64,000 bases of DNA from Verrucomicrobiales bacterium (GTDB lineage: Bacteria > Verrucomicrobiota > Verrucomicrobiia > Verrucomicrobiales > DEV007): assembly GCA_030730365.1 (NCBI GenBank), contig JANQVJ010000012.1:108642-172641 (forward strand), written 5' to 3'. This document shows, in pieces, positions 35,745 to 44,155 of the stretch. Made by a program: the position numbers and the translations under genes. The notes beneath the pieces were generated by a model. It saw only the letters and a program-made list of their open reading frames with translations, was not told the DNA's origin and searched no databases. Each line of letters begins with the position of its first letter. Positions within the stretch are counted from its first letter, which is position 1.

Positions 35745-37448
35745 ATGTCAGCTACCCTAACCCAATCCGGTCTGGACCTAATGGCCCTGATCGATCAGAA
35801 GTTCCACTCCCACCGCGAGAATTCCATCGTGCGGGGCACTATCATCGAAGTCCGCCCGCAGGTCGTGGTCGTGGATGTCGGTGCCAAATCCGAGGGGATC
35901 ATCCCGATCTCCGAGTTCGAAGACGAAGAATTTGCCGTCGGCGACGAAATTGAAGTCCTCCTCGAGAAGCTCGAGAACGACGAGGGCATGGTTGTCCTTT
36001 CCAAAGAGAAAGCGGCCCACAAACAGAACTGGGACAAAATCGTCAAAGTCTTTGAAGACGGCGGTCTTGTTAAAGGGAAGGTCAAGTCCGTTGTCAAAGG
36101 CGGCCTCATGGTCAATGTCGGGGTCGAGGCTTTCCTCCCCGGATCGCAGATCGACATCATCCCGCCGAAAGATCTCAACGAATACGTCGGCAACGTTTAC
36201 GAGTTCAAGATCGTCAAGGTCAACGACATCCGTAAGAACATCGTCCTCAGCCGCCGCGAAGTCATCGAGGCCGAGCGCGCCGAGCAGCGCGCCGAATTCC
36301 TCGACTCCGTCAAGATCGGCGACCGCGTCGAAGGGATCGTCAAGAACATCACCGATTTCGGTGCCTTCATCGATCTTCAGGGCATGGACGGTCTTCTTCA
36401 CATCACCGACATGAGCTGGGGCCGCATTAACCACCCCAGCGAGATGCTCTCCATCGGCCAGAAAGTCGATGTCGTTATCCTTGACGTCGACAAGGACAAG
36501 GAGCGCGTCTCCCTCGGTTCCAAGCAGCTCCAGGACAACCCCTGGGAAGCGATCGAGGCTAAATTCCCCATCGGCATGGAAGTCGGCGGCAAAGTCACGA
36601 AGCTTGTGCCCTACGGCGCCTTTGTCGAACTCGAGAAAGGGGTCGAAGGCCTCATTCACGTCTCCGAGCTCTCCTGGACCAAGCGCATCACGCGCCCCAG
36701 CGACGTCCTCTCCATCGATCAGGAAGTCAAAGCGGTCGTTCTCGCGATCAGCAAGGAAGAGCAGAAGATCTCCCTCGGCGTCCGTCAGCTCGACGTCAAC
36801 CCCTGGGACGAAGTCGAGGCTCGCTACCCCATCGGTACTACCATCAAGGGCGAGATCCGCAATCTCACCCCTTATGGTGCCTTCGTTGAGCTCGAAGATG
36901 GCATTGACGGCATGATCCACGTGTCCGACCTCAGCTGGACACGCAAGATCAACCACCCGAGCGAAGTCGTGAAGAAGGGCGAAGTGGTCGAGGCTACCGT
37001 GCTCGAGATCGACAAGACCAACCAGCGCATCAGCCTGGGCGTCAAGCAGCTCGAGAACGATCCCTGGAGCGAGATCGACAGCCGCTTCAAAGTGGGCGAC
37101 CTCCTCAAGGGAACCGTCGCGAAGATCGCCAGCTTCGGCGCCTTCATCCAGCTCGAAGACGACATCGACGGACTTGTTCACATCTCGCAGCTTAGCGAAG
37201 ACCATGTCACCAAGGTCAAAGACGTCATCAAAGTCGGTGACGAAGTCGAGGCCCGCGTCATCAAAGTCGACAAGATCGAGCGCCGTATCGGCCTCTCCAT
37301 CAAAGCGGCCGAGTATTCCGAAGAGCAGCTCAAGAAAGAGACTGCCGCCTTCGACGCCCTTCGCCCCAGCTCCGACCTCGTCGGGCTCGAGCAGGCGTTC
37401 AACCTCGCGACCGAAGAGTGGCGTCCGAGCGACGGCTCACAGGATTGA
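35745..37448 (+). CDS. rpsA: 30S ribosomal protein S1
   Basis: Six S1 repeats (KSEGIIP, AFLPGSQID, TDFGAFIDL..DGLLHITDMSW, YGAFVEL..GLIHVSELSW, RISLG). Confidence 0.98.
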   Translation: MSATLTQSGLDLMALIDQKFHSHRENSIVRGTIIEVRPQVVVVDVGAKSEGIIPISEFEDEEFAVGDEIEVLLEKLENDEGMVVLSKEKAAHKQNWDKIVKVFEDGGLVKGKVKSVVKGGLMVNVGVEAFLPGSQIDIIPPKDLNEYVGNVYEFKIVKVNDIRKNIVLSRREVIEAERAEQRAEFLDSVKIGDRVEGIVKNITDFGAFIDLQGMDGLLHITDMSWGRINHPSEMLSIGQKVDVVILDVDKDKERVSLGSKQLQDNPWEAIEAKFPIGMEVGGKVTKLVPYGAFVELEKGVEGLIHVSELSWTKRITRPSDVLSIDQEVKAVVLAISKEEQKISLGVRQLDVNPWDEVEARYPIGTTIKGEIRNLTPYGAFVELEDGIDGMIHVSDLSWTRKINHPSEVVKKGEVVEATVLEIDKTNQRISLGVKQLENDPWSEIDSRFKVGDLLKGTVAKIASFGAFIQLEDDIDGLVHISQLSEDHVTKVKDVIKVGDEVEARVIKVDKIERRIGLSIKAAEYSEEQLKKETAAFDALRPSSDLVGLEQAFNLATEEWRPSDGSQD

Positions 37449-37512
37449 GATCCAAAAGATTCAGATCCGCACGAGTGATTTCCGGAGCGCACTGCTCCGG
37501 GAAAACCTTTTT

Positions 37513-37548
37513 AAAGAAGGAGCAGGGCCAGTCCCTGCTCCTTTTTTT
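37513..37548 (+). terminator. Intrinsic terminator of rpsA
   Basis: AAGGAGCAGGG-CCAGT-CCCTGCTCCTT perfect stem followed by a T run. Confidence 0.8.
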
Positions 37549-37691
37549 GCAAAGTGCCCGAAAATCGGTCACAAAACCGTCGCTGGCGCAAAAAGAGATG
37601 GAGCGTAAGTGAAAAGGCTCTGCTAGAATTTTCATAACTTATTGTTTTTCCTGAATCGCGGAGTTGAACCAGGAACCTTCTCCTCACGTCC

Positions 37692-39770
37692 ATGCACCCC
37701 GAAACCACCAGGATCACGCTGCCACCGCCGCAGATGATTCGGTCCCACCGACCGAGGGCTCCGCGTTGGATATGGATCGCGCTCATTCTCTTCTCCCTCG
37801 TCCTCGGCACCGGTGCCGGTTGGTATTTCGGGATGAGGCAGGCCGATCCCACCCCCGAAGAGAGCGGAACCGGAGCCGCCGACCAGTCCGCCGCGGTGAA
37901 GGTCACCGAGGCGCGTCTCGCCGTGTCCTCGGGTGACTGGGTCACCGCCCGCCGCCTCTTCGAAGAAGCGCGTGATCTGGATCCCGACAACCCTGACGCC
38001 CTCGCTTCTTTGCCTCTTATCAGACAGCGCCTCGACGAAGCGCGCGGGACCGTCACCGTCACGACCGATCCCGCGGGAGCCATCGTCAAGCTGGGTGCCT
38101 TCAAAGAGCAGACTAGTCCCGCGACTTTCACCGGCGTGACCCTCGGCGAGCACGAGCTGGTCGCGATCCTGCCGGGCTTTGATACGGTCACCCGCCGCGT
38201 TCTCATAGAGAGCGAAGAACCGAAGCGAATCGACGACATCGTCCTCGCAAAGAGTTCCGGACAGCTCGAAGTCGTGAGTGAACCCCAGGGCGCCGACTTT
38301 AAACTCATCCGCACCCGAGAGCGGGTCGCCCAGGAACTCGTCCGGACTGGGACGACCCCGGCGCGTATCGAGCGGCTCGATCCCGGCGAGTATCAGGTTC
38401 TCATGGCTTTTGAGGGCTGGCCCGAGCAATCCCAGATCGTCCGTGTTGAGAACAATCGCAACACCTCTGTCTCAGCTGTATTCGCCAAGGGAGGACTCAA
38501 TATCACGAGCGATCCTGCCGGGGCCGAGGTCTGGATCCAGGCCGCAGAATCGGCCCTTCGCAAAGCGGGGAAAACCCCATTGAGTCTCGCCGATCTCCCT
38601 GTCGGGAAACACCGCCTCGAGCTTCGCCACGGCGACTGGGCAGCCATCAGCCGATCCGTCGAGGTCAGTGGCGGCTCCACTCAGGATCTTGAGTTCTCGT
38701 GGGAACGCGCCCTCGTTTCCTTTACGAGCGACCCGCCCGGGGCCGAAGTCTATCTGGGTAACAAACCGCTTGGGCGCGCGCAGCAAAAAACTCCCTTTCA
38801 GGTTGAGCTACCCGAGGGCGACTACGTTTTCTCGGCACGTCACTCGAAGCTCGACCCCGTGACTTTCTCCGCCTATATCGACGGCGACACGGGGTCCAGC
38901 GCGGTCGATTTCCGCTTCGCCTATGGGTCTGTGTCCCTCGCGAGTGACCCCGCCGGAGCCGCCGTCGCTTCGGGCGGCATGCCCATGGGGCGCACGCCCC
39001 TCACCCTCGCAGTCGTGCCGCCGGGGAATTACACCTTCGAACTTAGCAAAGAACAGCATCGCGCCGCCTCCGTATCAGGATCGGTCGAGGCGGGCGGGTC
39101 GCTCAACTTCACGGCGACCCTCACCTACGACTCCACCCCCGTCGTCAGTCGCGATTTTAAAAACAGTCTCGGACAACAGCTCGCCTGGATCGCACCCCTC
39201 AATGGGTGGGCCGGTGCCTACGAAGTCACACAAGAGGAATACGAGCGCCTTTCGGGCACTAATCCCAGCTATTTCAAAGCCCCCAAACACCCCGTCGATA
39301 GTGTCACCTGGTATGAGGCGGTAAAGTTCTGTGAGGCCCTCACCGTGCAGGAGCGCTCCCTCGGGACCTTGCCCGAGGGATATCGTTACCGACTCCCTAC
39401 CGACGAAGAGTGGGGCCGACTCGTCGGAGGCCAAAAGCTCGACGCAGCTATCTCGAGTCTCTTCGACCGGCAAAAATCCAGTGCCCCCGTCGGCTCGCTC
39501 GCGGCCAACGAATACGGTCTCTACGACATCCGCGGGAACGTCTGGGAATGGGTCAATGACTGGTATTCCCAAACCATTCTCAACCGCGTCCAGAAGGAAG
39601 GCTCCACCGCGACTGCCGAGTGGGTAGGGACCGACCGAAAAGTGCTCCGGGGCGGCGCTTGGAACCGCTCCTCTGAATTCGACCTCGCCGTCGCCAACCG
39701 CATGGCCGCCCGCCCGTCGGCTGAGGATCGGTATGATGTCGGTTTCCGCGTGGTGTTGATGAGGGATTGA
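37692..39770 (+). CDS. Membrane-anchored PEGA-repeat protein with a C-terminal FGE-sulfatase (SUMF1-like, C-type lectin fold) domain
   Basis: One TM, repeated V/I-TSDPxGA..TP..L..G.H/Y units, YEVTQEEY..TNPS, VTWYEAVKFC, RLPTDEEW, NEYGLYDIRGNVWEW, RGGAW, GFRVV. Confidence 0.88.
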   Translation: MHPETTRITLPPPQMIRSHRPRAPRWIWIALILFSLVLGTGAGWYFGMRQADPTPEESGTGAADQSAAVKVTEARLAVSSGDWVTARRLFEEARDLDPDNPDALASLPLIRQRLDEARGTVTVTTDPAGAIVKLGAFKEQTSPATFTGVTLGEHELVAILPGFDTVTRRVLIESEEPKRIDDIVLAKSSGQLEVVSEPQGADFKLIRTRERVAQELVRTGTTPARIERLDPGEYQVLMAFEGWPEQSQIVRVENNRNTSVSAVFAKGGLNITSDPAGAEVWIQAAESALRKAGKTPLSLADLPVGKHRLELRHGDWAAISRSVEVSGGSTQDLEFSWERALVSFTSDPPGAEVYLGNKPLGRAQQKTPFQVELPEGDYVFSARHSKLDPVTFSAYIDGDTGSSAVDFRFAYGSVSLASDPAGAAVASGGMPMGRTPLTLAVVPPGNYTFELSKEQHRAASVSGSVEAGGSLNFTATLTYDSTPVVSRDFKNSLGQQLAWIAPLNGWAGAYEVTQEEYERLSGTNPSYFKAPKHPVDSVTWYEAVKFCEALTVQERSLGTLPEGYRYRLPTDEEWGRLVGGQKLDAAISSLFDRQKSSAPVGSLAANEYGLYDIRGNVWEWVNDWYSQTILNRVQKEGSTATAEWVGTDRKVLRGGAWNRSSEFDLAVANRMAARPSAEDRYDVGFRVVLMRD

Positions 39771-39874
39771 GTGTCTGATCTCCAGATCGCCACCGCATTC
39801 TGCTGCAAAAGACAGACGGGATCACGTCGATGGGCGATAACGAAAGCAGGGCAGGCAGGTACGCCGTGTCCCGC

Positions 39875-40765
39875 TCACTGCCCCGCAAAGCTCTCGGTCA
39901 CCACCGGCGCAATTGATGCCCCCGGCTTAAAATGATAAACCCTGCTCGCCTGGCCGGCGGGATCTTCGGCGGCGTAGAGGGCGACTTCGACTTTCGGGCT
40001 GGCGCCCGAGGCGGCGCTGTCGATCAACTTGCTCTCGATGCGGATCTGGTTTTGCCCCCGCTTGACCCCGCCCATGACGAGTTCGGACGCTTTGATATTC
40101 TTGAAAGTCCCCGTGAGGTGGCCGTTCACGGTGATTTTAACCTCGTAGCCGGTCGCATCGATCCAAGCTTCAGCGACGAGTTCGGGAACGTCGACGGGCT
40201 GCGGCACGGGTGTCAGATAGGGGGCAGGCTGGAACTCTGCGCCGTGCAAAAAGCTGAAATCGCTGTTCCGAATTTGCAACAGGATCTCCCCGTCGTTCCC
40301 GATTTTAACGACGCGGAGGTTGTCGAACTTCCAGCGTCCGTCCTCTTTCAGAAAATGGAGGACGAGGAGATTGTCCGCCACCGCCATGCCCGGCACGTCG
40401 CCGAAGTTGGCTTTTCCAAAATAAGTCGCGGTCGCCGTCTCGCCTGTCGAGAGGACGCCGAGAGGGATGAGGCCGCCGAGCGAGGGGGATTCGACGGGGT
40501 CATCGAAGAGTGCCTGAGGAAAAGGCTGCTTCTGCGAGACGATGCGGTTGCGGGTCTCGATCTGGCGGCTGAAAGCGGTCGTCGCCTCCCAGCTCGCGAG
40601 ATCAGCGGCGGTCATAGAGGTGCGCCACGCTTCGTAGGCGGACTCGAGCGAGACCCGGATGGTGTTGTCGGGCTGGGCCTTTGTTTCCGGTGCCTGGGCT
40701 ATCACGGAAAGGGGGAGGGAGGCGGCGGAGAGGAGCACGATCCGGAGCAGGCTGTTGAGAATCAT
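39875..40765 (-). CDS. Hypothetical exported protein
   Basis: Signal peptide (MILNSLLRIVLLSAASLPLSVIAQ), NTF2-like first half ending EDGRWKFD, beta-rich second half. Start estimated. Confidence 0.7.
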   Translation of the reverse strand: MILNSLLRIVLLSAASLPLSVIAQAPETKAQPDNTIRVSLESAYEAWRTSMTAADLASWEATTAFSRQIETRNRIVSQKQPFPQALFDDPVESPSLGGLIPLGVLSTGETATATYFGKANFGDVPGMAVADNLLVLHFLKEDGRWKFDNLRVVKIGNDGEILLQIRNSDFSFLHGAEFQPAPYLTPVPQPVDVPELVAEAWIDATGYEVKITVNGHLTGTFKNIKASELVMGGVKRGQNQIRIESKLIDSAASGASPKVEVALYAAEDPAGQASRVYHFKPGASIAPVVTESFAGQ

Positions 40766-40991
40766 GTCATAAGCTAGCATCGCGGCCGTGGATTGCAAAA
40801 GCCCGAACGGGCGCGGTGGAATCCTAACTACAATCCGAAGGTGAGCCTCGTCCCCTGCGAAGATGTCGCCGCCTTCGCCGCCGAAATGGAGCGACGTCTT
40901 GAGGTCTGCGAGCTCGTCGGGTTTGAGGGGCGCGCGGTTGTGGAAATCACGCGACTTGCGTTTTCGCCTGATTACGGCGATTTTTCCGTCC

Positions 40992-42431
40992 ATGAAACGT
41001 TCTCTCACCCTCGTAGTCGTCCTGCTTTCTTTGACCATGCCTCTGGTCGCGCGGACGTGGAAGCAGGCTTCGACAGGCAAAGCGATCGATGCGGAGCTCA
41101 TCAAGGTGGAGGATGGCAAGGTGCACCTCAAGCTCGCTGATGGTCGCACCGGTCTCGTCGAGGTGCTCTCCCTCAGCCTTGAGGATCAGGAGTTCCTAGC
41201 ATCGGTGGAAAAAGACGGCGCTACTGCAGGTAGCGGTCAGTGGCCGGCCTTCCGCGGCCCCAAAGGCGATGGCATCTCGTCCGACACAAATCTGCTCAAG
41301 GAGTGGCCCGAGGGCGGTCCGAAGCAGCTCTGGGTCTACGATCAGGCCGGTATGGGCTACTCGGGTTTCAGTATCGTCGATGGCAAGCTCTACACGATGG
41401 GGACGCGGGGCGATGATGTCACGATCATGGCAGTCGATGTCGCCACCGGCAAAGAGGCCTGGGCCAAGGCTGTCTCGAAGGACGATCAAAAGGGCTATGC
41501 AGCGGGCTGGGGGCACGGACCTCGCAGCACCCCGACCTACTCCGACGGTCACCTCTACGCGATCGATCCCAAGGGCGGCGTTTTTTGCCTCGATGCCGCG
41601 ACCGGAAAGGAAGTCTGGAAAAAGCATCTCGTCGATGATTTTAAAGGTCAGATGGGCGGATGGGGTTTTTCCGAGTCCCCCCTGATCGATGGCGACAAAC
41701 TCGTCCTCGCACCCGGTGGTAAAGACGCCGGCATCGTCGCGCTCGACAAGAAGACCGGCAGCACGATCTGGTCTGCCTCTGAGCTCCAGCCCGGCAAGGC
41801 AGAATACGCCACCATTATCCCGACCGAGATCAACGGCACGCGCCAGTACATCAAGCTCTTCGAAAGCCAGCTCGCCGCTGTCTCCGCCGAAGACGGTAAG
41901 TTGCTCTGGTCTTCTAAATGGGAGGGCAAGACCGCCGTTATCCCCACCCCCATCGTCTCGGGCAACGAGATCTACATTTCGTCCGGCTACGGCGTCGGCT
42001 GCAAGCTCGTCCGCATCGGCAGCGACAACACCCCGACCGATGTCTGGGTGAATACCGTGATGAAGAACCACCACGGCGGTGTCATCAAGGTGGGCGATCA
42101 CCTCTACGGTTTCTCAGACGGCGGCGGGCTGATCTGTCAGGATTGGAAAACCGGTGAGATGGTCTGGAATGAGAAGACCCAGTTTTTCTCAAAAGGGTCC
42201 GTGCATGTGGCCGATGGTCACCTTTACACACTGAACGAAGGTGACGGCACCCTCTCTCTCGTGGAGGTCAGTCCCACGGAATTCAAGCAAAAGGGCCAGT
42301 TCAAGCTCGATCCCCAGAGTCCCAACCGCAATCCCCAGGGCAAGGTTTGGACGCACCCGCTCGTGCTTGGCGGCAAGCTCTACCTCCGCGATCAGGAGTT
42401 CCTCGTCGCCTACGACGTGAGCGCCCAGTGA
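40992..42431 (+). CDS. SHD1 domain + PQQ-binding-like beta-propeller (BamB-like) protein
   Basis: Signal peptide, RTWKQASTGKAIDAELIKVEDGKVHLK..LSLEDQEF (SHD1-like), WPAFRGPKGDG, STP, ESPLIDG, WTHPLVLGGKLYLRD. Confidence 0.85.
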   Translation: MKRSLTLVVVLLSLTMPLVARTWKQASTGKAIDAELIKVEDGKVHLKLADGRTGLVEVLSLSLEDQEFLASVEKDGATAGSGQWPAFRGPKGDGISSDTNLLKEWPEGGPKQLWVYDQAGMGYSGFSIVDGKLYTMGTRGDDVTIMAVDVATGKEAWAKAVSKDDQKGYAAGWGHGPRSTPTYSDGHLYAIDPKGGVFCLDAATGKEVWKKHLVDDFKGQMGGWGFSESPLIDGDKLVLAPGGKDAGIVALDKKTGSTIWSASELQPGKAEYATIIPTEINGTRQYIKLFESQLAAVSAEDGKLLWSSKWEGKTAVIPTPIVSGNEIYISSGYGVGCKLVRIGSDNTPTDVWVNTVMKNHHGGVIKVGDHLYGFSDGGGLICQDWKTGEMVWNEKTQFFSKGSVHVADGHLYTLNEGDGTLSLVEVSPTEFKQKGQFKLDPQSPNRNPQGKVWTHPLVLGGKLYLRDQEFLVAYDVSAQ

Positions 42432-42520
42432 GTCCGGCTTCCCTCGACCAGGCCTGTGCCTTGCACGGGCCTGACTGAACAGGGTGGACTGCTCGGCCTG
42501 GCCCCGTTTGTCCGGACTCC

Positions 42521-43951
42521 ATGGATTTGCCCGACCCCATACCGCTACCCGGACCACCCGCATTGCCTGTAGCGGACGAGGGCATCGTCGCATCGCCCCG
42601 CCCTGACGCGGTTCGTAAGGCGGCCTGGTGGAGTTGGCCGCTCATCGCCCTCGCACTTTTCCCGTTCAGCTGGTTTGATCAAGGCACGGCCCCCGGGGTC
42701 GAGAGCCCCGCCCCGGCGCACAATCCGAGTGATCTCGCGATTTTAAAAATGCAGGGCCAGGTCGTCATCGCGACTTTCAGGCTCAATCCGCTCGCGGCAA
42801 AGGAAGCTCTCGAAGACCTCTCCAGGGTCGCCGTCGATGATCACTCGGTCGCGGCGCTCGTCCTGCTCGAGTGTTTTGTGCAGCTCGATTCGCCCCGGAT
42901 CGATTCACTCTTGCAGCGTTTTTCGAAAGGCGTCCCCGATGACCTCGCCGCCGCGACCGAGTCCGCCGTCTCGGGCGGGGTTGACGAGACGATGCGCGAG
43001 GACTTGCGGGATCATCTCGGCTGGTTCGCCGATCTCGCGCGGGGGCCCGGACTCGTCGCGCCTCCGCAGGATGAGGCGATCCGCGTGCGCTCCCTCGTCG
43101 TGATGGGAGCGATGGGGCTGGTCTTCACCGGCGGCATGATCGGGATCCTCGTCGGCGGGGTCCTTCTCTTCCTGCATCTGCGCCGGCTCAGAGAGGGGAA
43201 AACGGTCAATGCCTTCGTCCCCGGGCGTGGACCGGCCGGGGTGCTGCTGGAGTGTTTTGCCCTCTACCTGGGGATCATGACCGTCGGCGCGCTCGTCGGT
43301 GCCTACCTTTACGAGCCCTTTGGCATCATCAGCTACGTCGCGGCGGTGGTCATTCCGCTGCTGTGGCCGCGGGTCCGCGGGGTGAGCATGGCGGACTTCA
43401 ATGCGGCGATCGGCCTCCATCGCGGAAAAGGCTGGGGCAAAGAGATCGCCGCCGGCGCCGTCGGGTATCTCGGGGTAATAGCGATCGCCTCGGTCGGGAT
43501 CTCACTGATGCTCCTCCTCACCTACCTTGCCGGTTTGTTTCAAGAGGGCGGCAGTTCCCTGCTGCCGGGCGGCGCGGCGGCGGGCGGAGGAGAAGCGGTC
43601 GGTCCGGAGGCTCATCCCGTCGTCGGCTGGATGTATTACGGGGACTTCTGGACGAAGCTCGCCACTCTCGGACTCGCGGCGGGATTTGCACCGGTCTTTG
43701 AAGAGATCTTTTTCCGAGGCGCGCTCCATCGTTACTTCCGGGGCCGTTTCCGCTTCCTTGCCTCGGCACTGCTCACCGGTGTGATCTTCGCCGCTCTGCA
43801 TCCCCAGGGATTTTTCGCCATCCCCGCTCTCGCGAGCGTCGGAATCGGCTTTTCGCTGCTGCGCGAATGGCGCGACTCGCTCGTCGCCCCCATGGTCGCC
43901 CACGCGATCAACAACGGTGCGCTCGTGCTGATGCTCTGGTGGATTCTGTGA
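42521..43951 (+). CDS. CPBP (CAAX protease/Abi) family intramembrane glutamic endopeptidase with an N-terminal extension
   Basis: EEIFFRG, FAALH, HAINN motifs, multiple TMs. Confidence 0.88.
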   Translation: MDLPDPIPLPGPPALPVADEGIVASPRPDAVRKAAWWSWPLIALALFPFSWFDQGTAPGVESPAPAHNPSDLAILKMQGQVVIATFRLNPLAAKEALEDLSRVAVDDHSVAALVLLECFVQLDSPRIDSLLQRFSKGVPDDLAAATESAVSGGVDETMREDLRDHLGWFADLARGPGLVAPPQDEAIRVRSLVVMGAMGLVFTGGMIGILVGGVLLFLHLRRLREGKTVNAFVPGRGPAGVLLECFALYLGIMTVGALVGAYLYEPFGIISYVAAVVIPLLWPRVRGVSMADFNAAIGLHRGKGWGKEIAAGAVGYLGVIAIASVGISLMLLLTYLAGLFQEGGSSLLPGGAAAGGGEAVGPEAHPVVGWMYYGDFWTKLATLGLAAGFAPVFEEIFFRGALHRYFRGRFRFLASALLTGVIFAALHPQGFFAIPALASVGIGFSLLREWRDSLVAPMVAHAINNGALVLMLWWIL

Positions 43952-43984
43952 ATCCCCGATCCTGCCGCTTCGAGAGGCCACCTA

Positions 43985-44150
43985 AGCAGGAAGGAAATTA
44001 AGTATTCTTAATTATAAAAACATCTTGATTAATAAGTTTTGGCGCGATAGTCTAAAATCAATAAAAAAGCCATAAAATAGCAATTGTGCCATTATTTTAA
44101 GGTTTTGTAGCTACAATCAGGTGTAATAAAAGTTTCCCAGACTCAAGCAG
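43985..44150 (+). promoter_or_regulatory. AT-rich promoter region of the Mgl-like cluster
   Basis: Hand count about 23-30% GC over 43981-44100, against about 60-70% in flanks. Candidate -10 GCTACAAT at 44110-44117. Confidence 0.5.
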
Positions 44151-44155
44151 GTGCC

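Noticed and set aside
35778-37205. Long antisense ORFs (e.g. 35778-37205, 9352-10674, 10952-12688, 13305-14492, 23109-24467, 32606-34204, 58906-60222, 62807-63961)
   Set aside because: Each lies exactly opposite a well-recognised gene and has no motifs. These are typical shadow ORFs of GC-rich codon usage.
37479-37504. Hairpin TTTCCGGAGC-GCACT-GCTCCGGGAAA after rpsA as a separate RNA gene
   Set aside because: It is too short. It is more likely a 3' stabilising stem ahead of the real terminator.
39480-39770. C-terminus of the FGE/C-type-lectin fold as a diversity-generating retroelement variable region
   Set aside because: No template repeat copy and no reverse transcriptase were found in the window.
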